Below, in pieces: positions 36,801 through 52,300 of a DNA stretch of 64,000 nucleotides (within the stretch, counting starts at the first letter, position 1; every line of letters begins with the position of its first letter). Made by a program: the position numbers and the translations under genes. This DNA is from Azolla caroliniana (taxonomy: Eukaryota; Plantae; Polypodiophyta): positions 4,960,001 through 5,024,000 of the forward strand of contig JBHGNT010000021.1 in the NCBI GenBank assembly GCA_043228905.1, read 5' to 3'. The notes under the pieces were generated by a model. That model saw only the letters and a program-made list of their open reading frames with translations. It searched no databases and was not told where the DNA came from.

Positions 36801-38602
36801 TTATAGGTCCTAGCACTCCACATCCTCCCTTTAATATAGATGACAAACGTTTGCAAGCATGATTTAAGAAGTGGCTGTCTTTGATCTATTTCAATAGAGA
36901 TAAAATTCAAAACATAGCTAATTGAAAGTTGTCATGAACACGACAATCATGGGTGCATTTGGTACTCACATTCAGGCCTTAAAGTACATTTAGATTAATT
37001 TAAAGAGTTTGGGATAACTTACAACCATACATTGTTATAAGAGTAGATTACAAATTCATAATCACAACAATAAAGAATTTTCTTCTATGCCAACATAGAT
37101 ATAAAATTAATATTTTACCGGAATGGCCCATTATATTTTAATATGACTTGTCTTTTTTGTATTACTATGAGGTAGTGCATCTATAATAACGGCATCATTG
37201 CAAGAAGGTCATGTCAAGCCAAGAATGCGAAAATGGAAACTCTTCAAGACCACAAACAAAAAAAGAGCATCTTCTCAAGCCCATGATTTAATACATTATT
37301 CCGGCCAAATAAATTACATCAAAAGAATGAAATTTACCATTGTCCATAATGTGGCATCTTGCAACACCATGAATATGATTCTTTTGCGGTATGTAATGTA
37401 AACCTTTCATGCACTAATCGTGTGATTTACGGGACACCCTACACACTTTATTGGGTGTATTTGGAATGATATTCGCGGCAACCTTTTGTTAGAGGAAATC
37501 ATAGAAACAATAATTTGTGTTCTCTGTAGTGCATATATATGCGCTTTCAAAAGCAAAAGATCAGAGATTTCTCCTTGTGTCAATATCAACACAAACATGT
37601 GTTACCAACCAATACATTTTTCATATAGACATAGTTTTGCAATGCAAAGAATGATTGGTACTTGTGATTTGGATCCGTGACATTGCGTGCAATCTTTGCG
37701 TTTGGTATGAAATACAAGTATTGAAACTTCGATTACGACATGTTTACTAATAGTAAGCTTTAAAGTAATATCCAATGTAATGCCTCTTTAGAAGGCACTT
37801 GACATCTTCACTTCCACATTTGTTATTAAAAGAAGGGATCTTGCCGAGGAATTGCTGCTAATAATTGAATGCAATACAAGTTATATTCTCAATGTTTGCC
37901 ATTCATTGAATCATTACAAGAAAGGTTGACATTACGAAGGTGCAATCAAAAGTATCTCCTCCTACAAGCTTGAAGTAGTCAAAATATAATATTATGATAT
38001 TAGCCTTTATAAAACACCTTATATATGGATGGTCCCTACATTCTATACATTTGCGACTTTCCATCTACAAATAGTGCGGTTTCATGAATCTTTAAAACTT
38101 GCACCTATTTCATTACACGCCCGTGTATGCTCATTACCAAATCTTCCAATGAAACCCCCATAACTATGTTGTACAACATGATCACGTGTAGTCCTATGGC
38201 TAAAGTCTAAGAAATTCTTCTAATTAAGCTCATGCTTTTATTCCTACAACTTGTGGTCCAAGACATGTTTCACAGACACGATTTTCTCCCCATTTGTTAT
38301 CGAAGTAATAAAATAAAATCAAGCGAAGAATGATGTGATGATGTTCAATCTGAAACATGTCAAATGTGAGCTCAATTGGTTTCATGTTGATTCCATATGT
38401 TGCAATGTATTCATATTTAGTAGGCAAAATTTCAATATTGGAAACGCTTATATTTTCACCATCGGTTTATGTTTGAATTTCAAGTAGAGTAGCTTGAATT
38501 TCACAATAGGTGTTCATCATGCATGGGCAAACCTAAAATTGAAGCATTTGGTTTCAAGCCCATTATAATGATTCAGTGTGTTAAGCACCACAGATGAGTA
38601 TA

Positions 38603-38633
<31 letters not shown>

Positions 38634-39310
38634 GGAAGGTATAGAAACAAGAAGATTTGTCTGTGATCCACACGTGCGTATAGATGTGTGATATGTTGGG
38701 CAAAGAATTCAAAGGTTTTTTGTTCCTAGTTGTGCGAACAATCGGAGATTGGTCGATGCAAAAAATCTCCCGCTACGATTCCGGCTTACAACCCGACACT
38801 AAGAGCTTCTCTCTTGGGCAAAGCTTCCCACCCTTTTCACACTCGGTGTGAACCCAAAAGCATGGCACGTTTCACTTGGGTAACAAAACTTTGTAGGCTT
38901 CATTGAACTTCAAGTCTCGATGGTATCGATCGACCAATCACAACCGGCAAATATAGACACCCGGGGTATCGGATCAGATCGGATCGGATCGATCGATCGG
39001 CTCCCAAAAGCATCTTACTTCTTTTGCAACGATAATCGGAAGGAAGGAATCGGGTGGTCATACCTACCTTTGGATTATCTGATTAGATCGAAAGAGATCT
39101 GCTGCCAGCCAGCAAAAGCCAGATGTTCTGTTCCGCCATATTGAACAGCCAAAAAGACCGACAAGAATGGATGGTTGTATCAATGTTGCGCAATGTGATC
39201 AGATCCGAAGCCAATACACAGCCCGGCTACGGGATTGGCCGAGGAGACTAAGATCCGAGACAGGAGACAGGAGACCCGAGACCCGAGACCCGAGACGAGG
39301 AAAAAAGATG

Positions 39311-41081
39311 TTAATCCAAGTATACTTCGATGGCGCCAGTCTTGGAGGAGTTGCATATCGGGCATTGGCGGAAGCCGTCTTTACAAGAGGTGCAGAGGCA
39401 GAGGTGGAGGCAAGGGAGGAGGACAACCGAGGCCTCGTGGTTGGATTCGCAGCCCTTACAAGGCCGGGCAACCGAGGCGGGATGAGGCCTTCTCATCATC
39501 CTTGACCGTGGAGCCGGCGGACAATTCTCGCCCGTGTATGCTGAGGCACAATCCCGATCAGGTTCGGGTTCGGGTTCGGGATGGGCGGTGCTCTCCCCCC
39601 ACCCTTCTTCCATCATGGCTTGGCTATGGAGCCTTCTACTCTTTTGCGCCATGGCCATGGCTCGGTGGAGGTCGGTGCGGAGCACGGACACGAGCGCCTC
39701 GCTGCTCCTGGCCTTGCTCTGCCACGCCCGGCACTCGGCCCCGAGCCGCCCGACCGCCTCCTCGAGCTCCGCGGCCCTCCTCCCCGCGCACGCCAGCTCA
39801 GCCTCCGCATCCTGTAGGCGCCTCGCCATGCCCCTCTCCACGGCTACCAGCATTGCTTCCATGTGCCGCCTCGCATTGTCTCCGAGTGCCTGGCATAGCT
39901 GCTCACTCTGGCGAGAAGCATCCGGAAACAAAAAGAAAAAATGTTAGCTCCCCCCCATGTATTATCTAGAACCTTCTCAGTTCTCTGTATCTTAGATAAC
40001 ACAATAGATAGATAATTCTTATATAGAATCCTCTCCCCCCTCCCCATGTATTATCTAGAACCTTCTCAGCCCTCTCTGTATGTCAGATTTTATCTAGAAT
40101 CCTCTATATAAGAACTATCTCTCGTGTTAGTTAATTCATGTATACAGTGTGTGTGAGAGAGAGAGAGAGAAAGGATTCTTTCAATATGTATACCACTTCC
40201 ATTGACAAAGAAAAGCCATAGCTTCCAGAGCAAAGACAATCGAATGAATCGAAAGAAGAGAAAAATGAAAAAAAACACCAAGAAAACCTAAGACATTACA
40301 ATTTTGTGCAGAATTTCTCTCTCAGAAGCAGCAACAAGCAAAGAGAAAGAAAAACAGATGAAACTTGGGAAGGGGAGGCATATAATGTGCCCTAAAAGAA
40401 AGAAAGAAAGAAAGAGAGAGGGGTTGAGAGTTACCTGAGTGCGTAGGAGGCAATCGAGGTCGTCTCGATGGCGAGACAGGTGGGCCGAGAGGAGTTCATC
40501 AGGGAGGGTCATGGGGGCAGTGGCGGTGGCGGCTGATGAATCGGGTCTCGAACTCGTGATGGAAGATGAAGGCTCCTCGGGATCGAAAGCCAGGCGGAGC
40601 CCCGTCGACACATTGTTATTGTTGATCGGCCAATCGTTGGTGGCAGCAGCTGCTCCGCTCGGGCCGTCATGGAAATCGCGATCGGCCGGCAATAATCCTC
40701 CTCCTCCTCCGGATGAGGGGAACATTTGATTCAAATCCACACCTCCGCCATAGCCGGCCATTCCAAGAAAAGGATGATGGAGATGGCCGGGCACCGTCGT
40801 CGAGTCTTTGATTCTTCTATGCTTCCGGGGCCTGTTGCTGCTGCCGCTCTTTGCGGCCACATTCGGTAGTGGAGGCGGCACCACCACTACCGCAGGGTAT
40901 GAAGCATTTGAGGTATAGTTCTGAAGGATATCCAGTCCTCCAGTGGGCACTAGAGCCAATCAGAAACACATAAATCGATGTGTATATTGAATTGCATGCA
41001 TGGTATGCATGGTATGAATGTATTGTATACATGGTATGCATGGTATTTATGTATTGTATACATGGTATGTATGTATGTATG

Positions 41082-41112
<31 letters not shown>

Positions 41113-41250
41113 CTCACCCTGTTCATGGTTAAATAGCCTCTGTATTCCAATGTAATCCATGGTAGAGGATGATCCTATTAACATCTGCTTGCCCTGTTTC
41201 TGCCTCTGCCTCTGCCTCTGACCCTGCTGATGCAGCAGAGAGAAGGCCAT
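39311..41250 (-). CDS. BOI/BRG (SBP1-like) RING-HC E3 ubiquitin ligase, ~414 aa; exons 41250-41118, 40949-40435, 39907-39311
   Basis: 'VSTGLRLAF', 'LDCLLRTQ|SEQLCQAL', coiled coil 'RLQDAEAEL...ELEE...W', RING 'CKGC...LLPCLHLCLCTSC...CPIC'. GT-AG introns give a continuous frame. Confidence 0.9.
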
Positions 41251-42151
41251 GGAAGCTCCGTAGCTCTTAGAAAGAAAGGGAGGAAAGGAAAGGAAATCTT
41301 TGACAGATTGTTATATATGGGGATTTTGGGGTACAAATCCTGCATGAACCATACATGAGGGAGGAATCAGAAACAGAGGAAAAATGGAAGCAGGAGAAGA
41401 AGAAGATGATGAAGATGAAGAAGATGATGATGAAGCTGATGTTTCTGTTTGTTGGGCTAGGCCTAGGAGGACTTACCTTGACGGGTAAGTTCCTATTGGC
41501 CATGTTCACACCTTGTCCGGACAAAGTTCTGACATTGGCACGCGACTTTGTCGCCCCGCCCCAAGCCTCGCCTTGCGTCCGACAATCCGCAACCCATATA
41601 GGCAAGTTAAATAGAGTGTGTCTGGAAGCTTTTGCGTATCCGCTTCATCAGAGGTGCATCCCGAAATACTTCCATTAATATCATTCTCTAGAATGAGCTC
41701 AACCATGAATATGAAGACACCCCACCGCCACCACCACCACTAGATAGATTTCTACCCTTGGCTATTGTTTTTGAAAGAACGAAGAGGGGAAACGAAAACA
41801 AAGCAAAAGCAAAACTTTTCATGCCTTTTGATGTCACAAGTTCGTGAGTGCATACAAAGTGTCGAGTCTCGACGCGTTCGTCAGTTTACCGTTGCTAGGG
41901 ACCACATGCACGAGGATTCGCTCTTTCCACCACGTTTCGCCGGCCACGTCCAATGCTCGCTAAGTAAGCTCTTGAATAAGGTATCCAAGTTCCCATTATT
42001 TGCCCTTCCCTCTCTTGCGAGCACATTAATGCTTGTATTGTAAAAATATGTCGGAGGAGGCTTCGATCCTTTATTTAATTGGGCCACTCGAACCATCCTA
42101 AACAAATGATAAGCAAATGTGCATTCTTATGTTGGAGTTTGTTTAACTTGT

Positions 42152-42990
42152 CTCTTCTTTTTTCTTTTTCTTTTTTTCCCAATAATGGTTTATATTATGT
42201 CTAAAGCTATTTACATGATACATGGACACTTTCCGATATCTTAACAACTCCAACATAGATTTTTATCTTTTTCCAACTGCTCTTAGGCTGCAACAGACAT
42301 ACATATCTCCCAAAGCATTGCCAAGCACAATTGTACATGCCCACATGCCTCATGTCGGTGCAGGAAATACCCAAAGAGGTAGTTGATACCTCCAACATAT
42401 ATAACCATTAACCATGAAGAAGATGTTCATAATTTCCCATCTCTTCTTAAAAAACTCTTTGCTTTCGAAAAACTACATCTTAATCACCCTTGATAGCATC
42501 ATATTCTCCTTTCAGTATAACTATATATGCACCAAAGTTAACCAAATCTCCTTGGCTACATCCACAACATTTCATTGAATTTCCTGAAATATCCTTCGAC
42601 ATCTATTACTCCACAAAGCCCATCAGATTATTGAGCTTATCGTCTCCCAGACCACCACATTCTGTTCTGAATTAATAGAAATACATGGCGACACTTCCTC
42701 AACATATCGACCTCTTATATGTAGTGTAAAATTAACCTTTTCTTTTTCATAATCTTGTAGCCCACCCTTAATATCAGCCCACATCACTGTCCCCCATTTA
42801 TATATTCTAGAACCATATACCTCATGCAAGAGACGCAAAAACCTTTTCCAAATCAATTTAGCTGTCATACAAGACCAGAATAGATGATGAAGAGACTCAA
42901 TCTCTAACCCACAGAAATCACACATCTTATCCACATCCTTACAATACATCCAAGCCCTAACAAGAACCACATAATGAATCGCATAACTTG
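42152..42990 (-). mobile_element. 5'-truncated L1 3' fragment
   Basis: zf-RVT-like 'CDFCGLEIESLHHLFWSC', then 'VAKEIW', 'LKGEYDAIKG', 'WRYQLPLWVFPAP'; T-rich tail ~42152-42177. Confidence 0.82.
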
Positions 42991-44384
42991 TCTTTTTTTA
43001 GTTTAAGAGAAAGGAAAAACAACCAACCTCCAGTAAAAAGCAATAAATCTGAGGCAATTTGACCATGTTTCCCTTCGAGTAAACTATTGCTTGTAAACAT
43101 CAAATGGGAGTAATGTATGTCATTCACTAACCCTGTATATTTGCTTTCTCGTAATTGTTTCTATAATGAGTATGATTATTGCTAAAATGATCATCTCATT
43201 ATCTATCCTTACTTCTCCCAAGATTGAAGCCCATAACCAATTATGGGTGTTCAATGAGCATTTACCTCTTTATTATGCAAGTAGAACGTGTACACAAGGC
43301 ACAATTTTTTAGCGACATGTGTTGATATGTCGATAAAATTTACTACAAAACATTACCATTGACATTTATAACCACCTATATTTTTTGTATGTAAAGCTCC
43401 TTACAAAAACCTTCAAAGACTATTCTCTCATCAAAACTTCTCTTTGAACCTGGTACTTTTCCACTCGTCGTAATGTATGATTTAAAGAAAAGAAAATCCT
43501 TTATAAAATAAAGACTTCGTGAACTTGCTTGTCATCAACCCTTCGGTGAGTGTGCAAGTGCACAATTATGAAACTTAAATGTTTTTGAAAGTCTTTATGA
43601 ATTGGCTTCATAATCATATTTGCCACTTGATGAGATGAAGGTTCACACAACCTATAAAGAAAGGAAATAATGATACACAAATTCAGGCAAGCCTATCAGT
43701 GGTAGGTTGGTTTTCGTTTATCGAACATGACGTTTATGTGAACATGGAAAAATAGGAATGCTCCATAATGAATAAGAGGGGTGGCCACATTTTTTGGGAA
43801 TACATCATAGTACATGTGGGAAACCCAAGAAGAAGGGTGGCTACAATGGACGCCCCTCGGTGTGACAACATTTCAAATTCCATCTTGAGACTTACAATCC
43901 TCAACAATTTGCTTCTCTTTGTTCCTTTCTTCTTACATCTTTAATTTTCTATCACATGATCTCCTCAACTAATAGATGGGTGTCCTTGGATATCCTCTTA
44001 ACACTTCGACCTTATAGTAAGGAAGAAGGTCGATGTGTTCTAGCATGCATATGGTCTCCCACTAACTATATATTCGCAAGTTGATGCATGTATTATCTTT
44101 TTAATGTCCACGAGAGACCAATTGCAATCCATGAGCAGAGCCTAGCCCATGGCAAGGATTGAACAACAACAAGTACCACACCAAGAATGGAGGATGAAAG
44201 GAAAATTAATCTAGCTATGCTTGAAATTGAGTTGTGCAACATCTTGTCCCAAAAGTAATTATCTTTATGCCAGTTGGTGTTATAACACCTTAAGAGTTTA
44301 ATGTGCTATAAGAATCCATATTATTGTAATACAATCACCAACCTTTTTTTTTACTGTCATGTCTAAATTTTATATCTTTGCTAC

Positions 44385-44790
44385 CTTTACCGAAAATAAA
44401 TGGACATATAGCTTTTTGAATGTAACCAAAATGTTTTCTATCAACAAGGCTAGAAGGTATACATTCAACTTGGGGTGTTCAGCATCGACATCTAGCGAAG
44501 TAGTTTAGTTGGCTTTACAGCTTTTACAGGAAATAAATGGACATATAACTTTTTAACATTACCAAAATATGATCTATCAATAGGTCCATACGGTATGCAT
44601 TCAACCTTTGCATTTTGCATTAACATCCCGTGAATGAATTTAGTTGGCTTTATATATTTACCATTGTTATGGAAAATGAATGGACATCTAGCTTTTTTAA
44701 CATGACCAAAATGCAGTGTATCAATGGGACTAACATGTAAGCATTAACCACTACATTTTGCATTGACATCTAGTGAAAGAGTTAAACTAA
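44385..44790. repeat. Three diverged ~140-bp tandem units
   Basis: 'aaat(a/g)aatggacat(a/c)ta(g/a)cttttt...accaaaat...tatcaa' at ~44394, ~44531 and ~44674. Confidence 0.82.
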
Positions 44791-47700
44791 TGAGAATATT
44801 ATATATAGATATAGATATTATATATATGGAGAGAGAATATGGCCTATGAGAAGGGATTAAGCCAATGGAGAGGGACAAATTGGGTTCTCTAAATTTATAA
44901 CTTTGATGCTCGGTGTAAACTACCAATAGAATAGATTTTTTTTGTCATCCACAAGGAGGTCAATTTTCACCTATGAAACCAAATAAACATATCATCTTGT
45001 ATGTGACTCCTTCATGAGGGGTTACTACTCTATAATAAAAACTCTTTATGTGAAATAAGGCACGCACACATGTACTCACCATTATTGTGGAGACTTTAAG
45101 TATGATACATGCACATCTAACAAGCCATCATATTTCTCAGGAATTACCTTATTTGTTGAGCATGAGAGAAATACGTGATATTCATCCTCAAATAGGTTTA
45201 CATTGCATACATTGCATATCTTCATACTACCTCAACACTTAACTTGTGTGACCTAGTAGAAAGAAGTGTTAAAACTCTTCAAGAGTCAAGGCCCATGGGG
45301 TTAATAAGATGCAATTGAACCCGTTTTGGCATTTTTACCTTGTTTTGGGGCCAACATTGAGGGTTAACATTTGCAATGTAATATTCCAAATTTGACATTC
45401 TAACATCTTGTCACTTCATCCTTACTGAATCTAGTTTTCTATCCTCGATGATCAAATACTTCATAACATCACCTAAGAACTTTAACAGATCTTTTACTCC
45501 CCATCTTTTAAATAATTTCATAATGTCAAGCACCAATGAACGAGAGGATTTTGCTCTTATTAGCATTTTGTATCTTTCATCCTATATTCTAACTTCTAAG
45601 CTTGTATTGAGAATCTATGATTTGGCATATTCTTGACTTTTACTATATATGTGTATGGCTAGCACCTGTATGAACCAAGCCCCTATTTAGAGTAGCATTT
45701 CTAGGAAAGGATGTTAGATGTTGATGATTCAAGTCCCAATTTTCTATTCAAAAACAAATTTTGAATTTTCTCTATTTCATTACATGCACTAAATGAGATA
45801 GTGCCACCCCACATTTCCAATCCATAAAGCAACACTCCATTGAATAACATCAATCTCACTCCATTTCTTCAGGTATCGCATTGGTTACATTGATTCTCAA
45901 GCATATAACCACTATTCCAGCTTGCTTCAGGTCTGGACTCATAGTGTACATTATGGCAATTTGTCGATGGAACATTAACACCAAAATTTGTGAAGCTTTG
46001 CCCCACTTGTATTAGTTCTCCCTTGCATGTAACAATAGGGTAGTGTCTTGGTTATATCATCTTTATTGCCATCAAATTTGTTCTTTTCCATGTTTGCCAT
46101 TTGATTTGCTAGAATGGATACTTTTGTTGTAAATGACAGGGTGGGGATTATGATTAATTTAGTTTTGTGTGGAGAAGTGTGAGTTTTGTTGAATATGGTT
46201 GAACTTTGATGTACTTCGTTTGCTAACTAATATGAAGTAGTGTTTTTTTGGAAAAAAAGAAGAAAAGAATGGTTCCAATACAAGTGTTGCATATCATCCT
46301 AAGTATATGAAAATGAAACAAAATTATTGACTTATGGGAGTATAAAAATCAATGCATGCATGAGTTTGGGGTAATGTCATTGTTCTTTTGCAATCTTGTT
46401 TTGGCCCACCCTTTCTTATCCCCCATGTTCATCAAGAAGTACTCAAGAAACAAATATTCCTTTTTAATTAGCATTGAACTTGCTCATACTATCATGCTAT
46501 TTTGGACACACCCTGGCCGTCTAGATTTTGAAGGTATTTGACATACTTTTTTTAGTTGAAACACATCAGAGCCCAAATCGAGGACTCCCACGAGTTGATG
46601 GTTGTTGTTGGGAATTTGTCTTTAGACAAACCTCACGTCGACATACTACTAGAGGGTCTGGAGGGGTTGCGATACTATTTTGGAGAGAGATACATAATGG
46701 GATAGAAATACTAAAGAAAGACCCAAAAGCCCGTTTTATGTGGGTGAAAGTCCTCACTAGCAAGGATCAGGCGATATTTATCATCGTGTGTTACTTCCCC
46801 CCGAAAGGATCTCAGTATAATATGGCTGGAGAGGCGAGTATAGTGGATGAAGGAACGTTGCATGGGTCTTCTCCATACGAACCTTTATCGGATGACATAA
46901 TCTGATATTCTTCTCAAGGGGAAGTCTTCCTTGTAGGAGATTTTAATGCGAGAACCCAATCCCGATAATGCACAATATTTCAGATGGATAGAAACCTTGA
47001 CACGGTGAATGTCGACCCTTTAGACTTAGACATAACGCGTACAAAAAAAGACCAAGGTGCGGACGCCACAAGCTTTGGCCATCATCTACTTGAACTTGGA
47101 AGCCGACACCAGATGATCATATATAATGGCTTAGCCAAGTGGCCGGGCTTGGAAGCGCTCACATGTTTCCCACATGGAGGAGGCGAAAGCACAGTTGATT
47201 ACCTAATAGGACGCCCTGAAGCTACCCACATGGTTAACTCCTTCCGGGTGGCCCCATGCCCTATTGGTGCAGACAATAGCTTCATATACTTTGAGCTAAA
47301 ATGTGACACCTCCCACGCCACCAACTCTAGTCAACCAAACCATCACACCATAACACATTTCACGCATGAGGTCGTTGACATCTACTCTCGACATGTTCAA
47401 GCCCATCTCTCCTCTTTTGATTCTTCCTTGCCTTTAGAGAACCTCACTACAGAACTCACACACACCCTTCACTCAGCAGCAATTAGTAGCTTCCCATACA
47501 CGAAACACTCCAATCATAGTAGAATAGGGTCTATGCCACAAAACAAGTGGTATGACGAGGATTGTAGAGAGTTGTATAGACAACTTAAAGTGTCGCGACT
47601 TAGTGGTACTATTTCCTTAGTACAAGCTCAAAAAGAGATGCGCAAGATGACACGTCGTAAAAGACGAGCTTGGAAAGCATCCCAATATTGGGAACTCTAC

Positions 47701-49323
47701 CATATGCTCATGAGTAGGGATTGCGTCCTTGCATGGAAGAGACTACGAGAACCGCAACCACAAACACCCATCGAGAATCCCAATATTTGGCACACATATA
47801 TCGAGAGACTCTACCATGTCCCGAACCAACCACCCATCCCAATGCCTTCCACACCCCGACCTAACATGGGGACACTTTTCACGACCTCTAGGGTCACGAA
47901 GGTCATAAAAAAATTACAACATAGGAAATACATGGACCACACAGGATTGCGAGTTGAGCACATCATATATGTTGGAGAGTGCCTAGCCCCCTTTCTCACT
48001 CTAATCTTCAACCGCGCCCTCACCCTCAAGTTTTCCACCACTATGGACCATGAACACAGTGGCCCCTATACATAAAGGAGGGGACCCAATGGACCCAAAT
48101 ACATATAGGACCATTATGATAGGCCATATACTTGCTAAACTATATGGTGTGGTAATGGAAGCGGAGCTTAGCGATTATATGGAAACTTTAAGTCTTCGCG
48201 CACCTGAGCAAGCTGGCTTTTAGACAAGCCTTCTCCACTATTGACCATATCTTCACACTTAGGTGCTTAATTGACCAGACAAAGGCTCGTAAGAAGAAAC
48301 TATATTGTCGTTTTGTGGACTTCTGCAAGCCTTTCTCACAGTTCCTAGGGAGAAGTTGTTTGATAGACTTAAGAGTTTGGAGATACCAAATGACATTATC
48401 TGGGCCATTTATGCCCTATATGAGCAAGTCTCTAGGTGCGTAAGATGCCCAGGTGGCCTATCCGATTGTTTCACTAGCACCATTGGTGTAAAACAGGGTT
48501 GCCCCCTATCACTGACTCTTTTTGGGATCTACATTGATGAGATCATTGATTTTATTGCTAGTACGGGAGTAGCTATTGGGATACGCAAGCTAGTCTCTTA
48601 CTCTACGCAGACGACATTGTCTTGATCTTGGAGTCAGAACACGACCTACAAAAGCATCTTAATACCCTAGATGACTTTTGTACACAACGAGGACTGGTAA
48701 TGCATCTAGCGAAAACTAAAGTCCTTATCTTTCAAACATCGTCTCGAGTTAGGAGTAAATGTCACCTAATCCTCTCTCATAAACTAGTTGAGGTAGTTGG
48801 ATCATATGTATACTTAGGAGTTATTTTTAGTGCTCGCTCAGGTAAATTCTTGATGACCCAAGCAACCAAAGATAGGCTAACGAGAGGGTATGCATCCCTC
48901 TCACTCTTAGAGAGACAATGCCACCAGGCATACTTTCAAGAGCCACGGACTAAGGGATGGCTCTTCGACTCATTAGTGACCCCTTCCCTCATGTATGCAT
49001 TAGTAGTATGGGCTCCAGGTCTACCATCTTTCATGTGGAAGCAATTAGAGAAACCTTTGGTGACGATGTTATCACGTCAACTTCGAAGCAAATCGACAGT
49101 ACCACATGACATTATGAGAGCAGAGTTCAGTCTGCCCCCGATGTTAGTAGAAGCATTGTTTCAAGTGGTAGTTTTTATTCATCGGATACATAGCCAACCA
49201 CAAGATAGGATATCTCGTCGAGCCTTTGAGGCATCTCGATCCCTACATGCGTCTAGAGACACTAGCTCTTGGTATAGCATTGTGGTGAGTTGGTTACTTG
49301 CAAACGACATCGACATTAATAAC

Positions 49324-52300
49324 TGTTGAAGACAGCGCTCGGCCACAACCGAGGAATAGGATCTACTCACAGAAAACGGGAAATACAAGAATGCACGAAA
49401 ACAATAAAGAGAAGGGTACACTGGATGTTTTACGTGGAAAACCCTAAATGGGAAAAACCACGGGAGTGCAAGACTCCAACTATCACTATACGCGGGGAAT
49501 GTACAATGGCGAGCTGCAAGGCGACGACCTTGAGCTCGCTGTCCTCGCCACAGGCGGCGGTATTACACAGAGGCGTCGACCTCTTCCTTCCTCTTTCTCT
49601 CTCACTCTCTCTCGGCTGCTCTCACTTCGCTTCCTCTCAGTGGAAAACAGAAAAAAATGAGCAACAACAACATAAAACTGTTTGCCCTAAGTCATACTTA
49701 TACACATATGACTTTCGGGCTATTTACAAATATAGCCTCAAGGGCCCTTGGCAAACATATTCACAAATATGTCCCCGCATCCGGATCTCTCTCCGGGTAC
49801 ATTCGTCATCCGGCTCCGTAACCGGGGTCTTCATCATCCGGATCCGTATCCGGGTACTCTTCATCCGGCTTCATGCCGGGTACTCTTCATCATCCGGTTC
49901 CGTAACCGCAACCGGGCTTGCCGTCATTCATCTCCGGACATCCCATCCGGAGGGACCGAAATCCCAACAAACTCCCCCTTCACTTTGGCATGGGATGTCT
50001 CTCCAATCCGACTCTCTTCCGGCACGCTCCCAGCTTGTCGGGTGTGAGTACTTTGGTCAGCATATCTGACCCGTTCTCTTCCGTGTGGATCTTCGTCAGC
50101 ACGAACTCCTGGTCTTCTATCCTTTCCCGGATCCAGTGATATCTTCGCTGGATGTGCTTCGTCCGGGAGTGATAGGCCGCGTTCTTCGCAAGGTGGATGG
50201 CACTCTGACTGTCACAGTAGAGTCGGTACTCCTCTTGCCGGATACCGAGCTCTCTAATGAAGTCCTTCATCCATATTATTTCCTTGCCGGCTTCAACAGC
50301 CGCCATGTACTCCGCCTCCGTGGTTGACAACGCAACCGTCTTCTGCAGCCTCGACTGCCACGAAACAGCTCCACCTGCATACGTCATCACATACCCTGAT
50401 GTGGACTGGCTGGTATCTGCATCAGCCGACATATCCGAATCGGTAAAGCCGTCGAGTTCGGGCTTACCGGAGCCGAATCGGAGGCACACGTTTGCTGTGC
50501 CCTTCAGGTATCGGAGTATCCACTTGACCGCGTTCCAGTGCTCTTTGCCGGGATTGCTCATGTACCGGCTCACCACTCCAACTGCATATCCTATGTCCGG
50601 TCTTGTACACACCATTGCGTACATCAAGCTTCCGACGGCAGAGGCATATGGTACTTTCATCATGTCCTCCTTCTCAGCCTTTGTCTTGGGGCTTTGCTTG
50701 CTGGACAACTTGCAGTTTGCCGGTAGGGTTGACCCGACCGGTCTTGCTTCCGACATGTTGAACCGGTGAAGCACCTTTGTCACGTACTTCTCCTGTGACA
50801 GCCACAACTGCTTCTTCTTCCGGTCCCGGATGATGTGCATCCCTAGTATTTGCCTCGCCGGACCCAGGTCCTTCATTGAGAAGGTTCGGTGAAGCGCTTT
50901 CTTCAGCATCCGTATCTTGACCTGGTCCCGTCCGACGATCAACATGTCGTCCACGTACAGGAGGAGTATTAGAGAGTCTCCTCCTTCGAACTTCTTCACA
51001 AACACGCAGTGATCAGACTGCGTTTTGTGGTACCCTTCGTCGGTCATGAAGGAGTCGAACTTCCGGTACCATTGCCGGGGAGCCTGCTTCAGTCCGTAAA
51101 GGCTCTTCTTCAACCGGCATACCAGGTGCTCCTTCCTTTTCTTCTCGAATCCTTCCGGTTGCTGCATGTAGATCTCTTCTTCGAGGTCACCGTGAAGGAA
51201 TGCCGTCTTCACGTCCATCTGTTCTACCTCGAGGTCCATACTTGCCGCTATGCTCAGCACCGTCCGGATGGAGGTCATCTTCACTACCGGGGCAAATATC
51301 TCGTCGAAGTCGACGCCCTTCTTCTGCTGGAACCCCTTCACCACGATCCTGGCTTTGTATCTTGGGGGGTTTTCGGCATCTCCCGGTTTCAGCTTGAACA
51401 CCCACTTGTTTCGAAGTGCCCGCTTTCCTTTCGGCAACTCCACAAGTTCATATGTGTGGTTCTCATGCAGGGAATCCATCTCCTCCTGCATGGCACTTAA
51501 CCACCTGCGGCTATGGGTGTCAAGCTTTGCTTCTTCAAAACTCTCCGGCTCCCCCTCGTCGGTTAGCAGCACGTGCTCTGGTTCCGGAAATCTCCGGGGG
51601 GCCCTTCTCTCTCTTAGAGGATATCTCCGTTCCGGAGCTTCGGTAACCGGCTCCTCCGTTTCCTCTTCATCCGAATCCATTTCGGGATCGGGGCCGGTTC
51701 CGGTATCAGTTTCATCTTCCTCGGCCGGTTCTGTTTCTTCACCGTCTTCGGCCGGATCCTCGAGTGCTAACCGGTCCCTTGCCGGTCGGGACTGCTCCTC
51801 GTAGAGTTGATTCTCACCGGTCGACTTGGAGCTCTTCATCTTCTTCTCCGACTCCCAGTCGGCGAGCGTCTTGTCCTCCATGAAGATGATATCTCGACTC
51901 CTGAACATCTTCTTGTCGACCGGGTCCCATACTCGGTAGCCGAACTCGTCGTCGCCGTAACCGAGGAATATGCATGGCCGGGTCTTTGGATCTAGCTTTC
52001 CTCTCCGGTCCTTTGCCACATGCACATACGCGAGACATCCGAACACCTTCAGATGCCGGTAGGACACTTCCTTACCGGTCCACACTTTCTGCGGCGTGTC
52101 TCCGTCCAAAGGTACTGAGGGTGATCTATTTATCACATACGTCGCCGTCGACATTGCCTCAGCCCAAAACCCCTTGGGTAATTTCGCATGCGCCAGCATA
52201 CTCCGGACCCTCTCCATTATGGTCCGGTTCATCCTCTCGGCCAGCCCGTTCAGTTCCGGCGTCTTCGGCACAGTAAACTCGAGCCGGATTCCCTTCGAGC

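Noticed and set aside
35300-38450. Possible highly decayed transposase on the minus strand (scattered CxxC-like peptides such as 'CTQCHG')
   Set aside because: Too many stops and no diagnostic motif or termini; a translated HMM search is needed.
39167-39969. Plus-strand ORFs up to 244 aa
   Set aside because: Antisense shadow of the GC-rich RING E3 exon 3.
45800-46260. Another L1 3' end (tail 'ctaat..gaagtag.tttttttggaaaaaaa' resembles 57471-57506)
   Set aside because: Only the short tail similarity is clear; I could not read the upstream coding motifs.
49326-50069. 247-aa and 216-aa antisense ORFs spanning the Copia LTRs (also 54084-54734), and the 43-aa N-terminal extension of the 1400-aa ORF
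   Set aside because: Non-ATG starts, duplicated only because the LTR is duplicated, and no domain; the extension runs through U5 and the PBS.
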